Source: an uncultured Gemmatimonadaceae bacterium (GTDB taxonomy: Bacteria > Gemmatimonadota > Gemmatimonadetes > Longimicrobiales > RSA9). From it: a DNA stretch of 64,000 nucleotides. The notes below the pieces were generated by a model. It did not search any database. It was not told where the DNA came from and saw only the letters and a list, made by a program, of their open reading frames with translations. Both the position numbers and the translations under genes were made by a program. The stretch spans positions 27,877 through 91,876 of the forward strand of contig CAYQCY010000003.1 in assembly GCA_964416095.1 (NCBI GenBank), given 5' to 3'. Shown here one piece after another: positions 63,442 through 64,000 of the stretch (positions within the stretch are counted from its first letter, which is position 1; each line of letters starts with the position of its first letter).

Positions 63442-64000
63442 ATGGCGCACCACGACGACCCCCGGGACACCATCACGCCGGCGTCCTTCGCCGTCTCTCC
63501 CGAGCTGATCGGTACCCCCCTCGCCGGCCCATGGCGACGCGCCGTCGCTATGTCCGTGGATCTGGTCCTGGCCGCGATGCTGTCCCTGGCCGGCGGCGTG
63601 CTCCTCGCCGCCGTCGCCGCCGTCCTCCTCTTCCGTGCGGCCGCCCGATCCACGAACGGCTTCCTCGGAAGGTCCCGGCGCGCCGTGCTCTGGGCCGGTG
63701 GGGCCGTCGCCGTCGTCCTGGCCCTCCTCGGGGCCTGGGACTGGGTCACCGAGATCGGGCAGGAAGATACAGGCGCCGGCATCGTGGTCACCGGGGTGGG
63801 GGGCGCCATGGGCCTCGTGGGCGACCTGCTGGCCCTGCAGCGGTCCGAGGACGAGGACCAGGCCCGCCGGATCGCCAACCGCCTGGTGCGCCGCCTGGAC
63901 GCCGGCACTCTCACCCCGCGGGAGATCCGCGAGCTCCGCGAAAGTCTGGACGACGCCGTCCAGAGCATGCAGGCCGGAACCGAGGCCGCCGTGGCCGGTG
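63442..64000 (+). CDS. RDD-family membrane protein, C-terminus beyond the window
   Basis: Not in the track (no stop in the window). Hand translation: MAHHDDPRDTITPASFAVSPELIGTPLAGPWRRAVAMSVDLVLAAMLSLAGGVLL... shows the RDD-domain-type A.PWRR..A...D pattern followed by TM helices. Confidence 0.6.
   Translation, partial: MAHHDDPRDTITPASFAVSPELIGTPLAGPWRRAVAMSVDLVLAAMLSLAGGVLLAAVAAVLLFRAAARSTNGFLGRSRRAVLWAGGAVAVVLALLGAWDWVTEIGQEDTGAGIVVTGVGGAMGLVGDLLALQRSEDEDQARRIANRLVRRLDAGTLTPREIRELRESLDDAVQSMQAGTEAAVAG

Noticed and set aside
1-64000. tRNA, rRNA, tmRNA, RNase P and 6S RNA genes; prophage or defence islands.
   Set aside because: I inspected all intergenic regions longer than 80 nt by eye. I saw no cloverleaf or T-loop (GTTCGAATC-like) signatures and no phage, restriction, toxin-antitoxin or nuclease gene sets. 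This is a negative result from manual reading only.

Overview
64 kb of high-GC (about 70% by eye) bacterial chromosome. There are no rRNA genes, tRNA genes, CRISPR arrays, transposases or integrases. The gene content points to an FCB-group or Gemmatimonadota-like organism: a T9SS SprA translocon, LptFG, type IV pilus genes and many GGAGG Shine-Dalgarno sites. I did not verify that placement.

The ORF track is full of long antisense 'shadow' ORFs, which is typical at this GC content. I kept about 55 CDS on the basis of recognisable motifs, GC3 bias, SD sites and frame-checked starts.

Gene order:
- S9 peptidase (cut by the window edge)
- operon of sensor kinase, receiver, TauE and a Cytidylate_kin2-like protein
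- cspA
- ABC-F ATPase
- Tat-less dmsABC preceded by an EVE-domain gene stump
- APC permease and an exported PIMT
- sugar ABC transporter
- methyltransferase, MenA-like prenyltransferase and a TPR protein
- CGGC protein and an EF-hand lipoprotein
- one long co-directional run: sprA, glutaminyl-cyclase-like M28, four-helix-bundle (4HB) protein, comEA, pilB, pilT, pilC
- lptFG
- DapF-fold protein
- DUF5916 protein
- metH, 4HB protein, yitJ-like gene
- pilin
- pepP, rtcB, archease, Nfu_N and a DksA/TraR protein
- thrC
- ECF sigma, anti-sigma and PDZ protein
- RDD protein (cut by the window edge)

I found no clear-cut novel multi-gene system such as a defence island. The most unusual signals are non-genic or at motif level:
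1. A three-copy, 0.2-0.3 kb non-coding intergenic repeat family that always faces a gene start.
2. 61-bp direct repeats with (GGRAGGN)5 heptads that exactly bracket the ABC-F gene.
3. AT-rich (AWTCGA)n hexamer arrays inside and around metH. They flank an inserted 4HB (Avd / 23S-IVS family) gene and encode Ser-Asn runs.
4. A DmsA whose Tat leader is missing, joined by a GTGA overlap to an EVE gene stump.
5. A DapF homologue with both catalytic cysteines replaced by serine.
6. A terminator-containing metH leader that I cannot assign to a riboswitch class.

All identities and coordinates were derived by hand. No database search was run.
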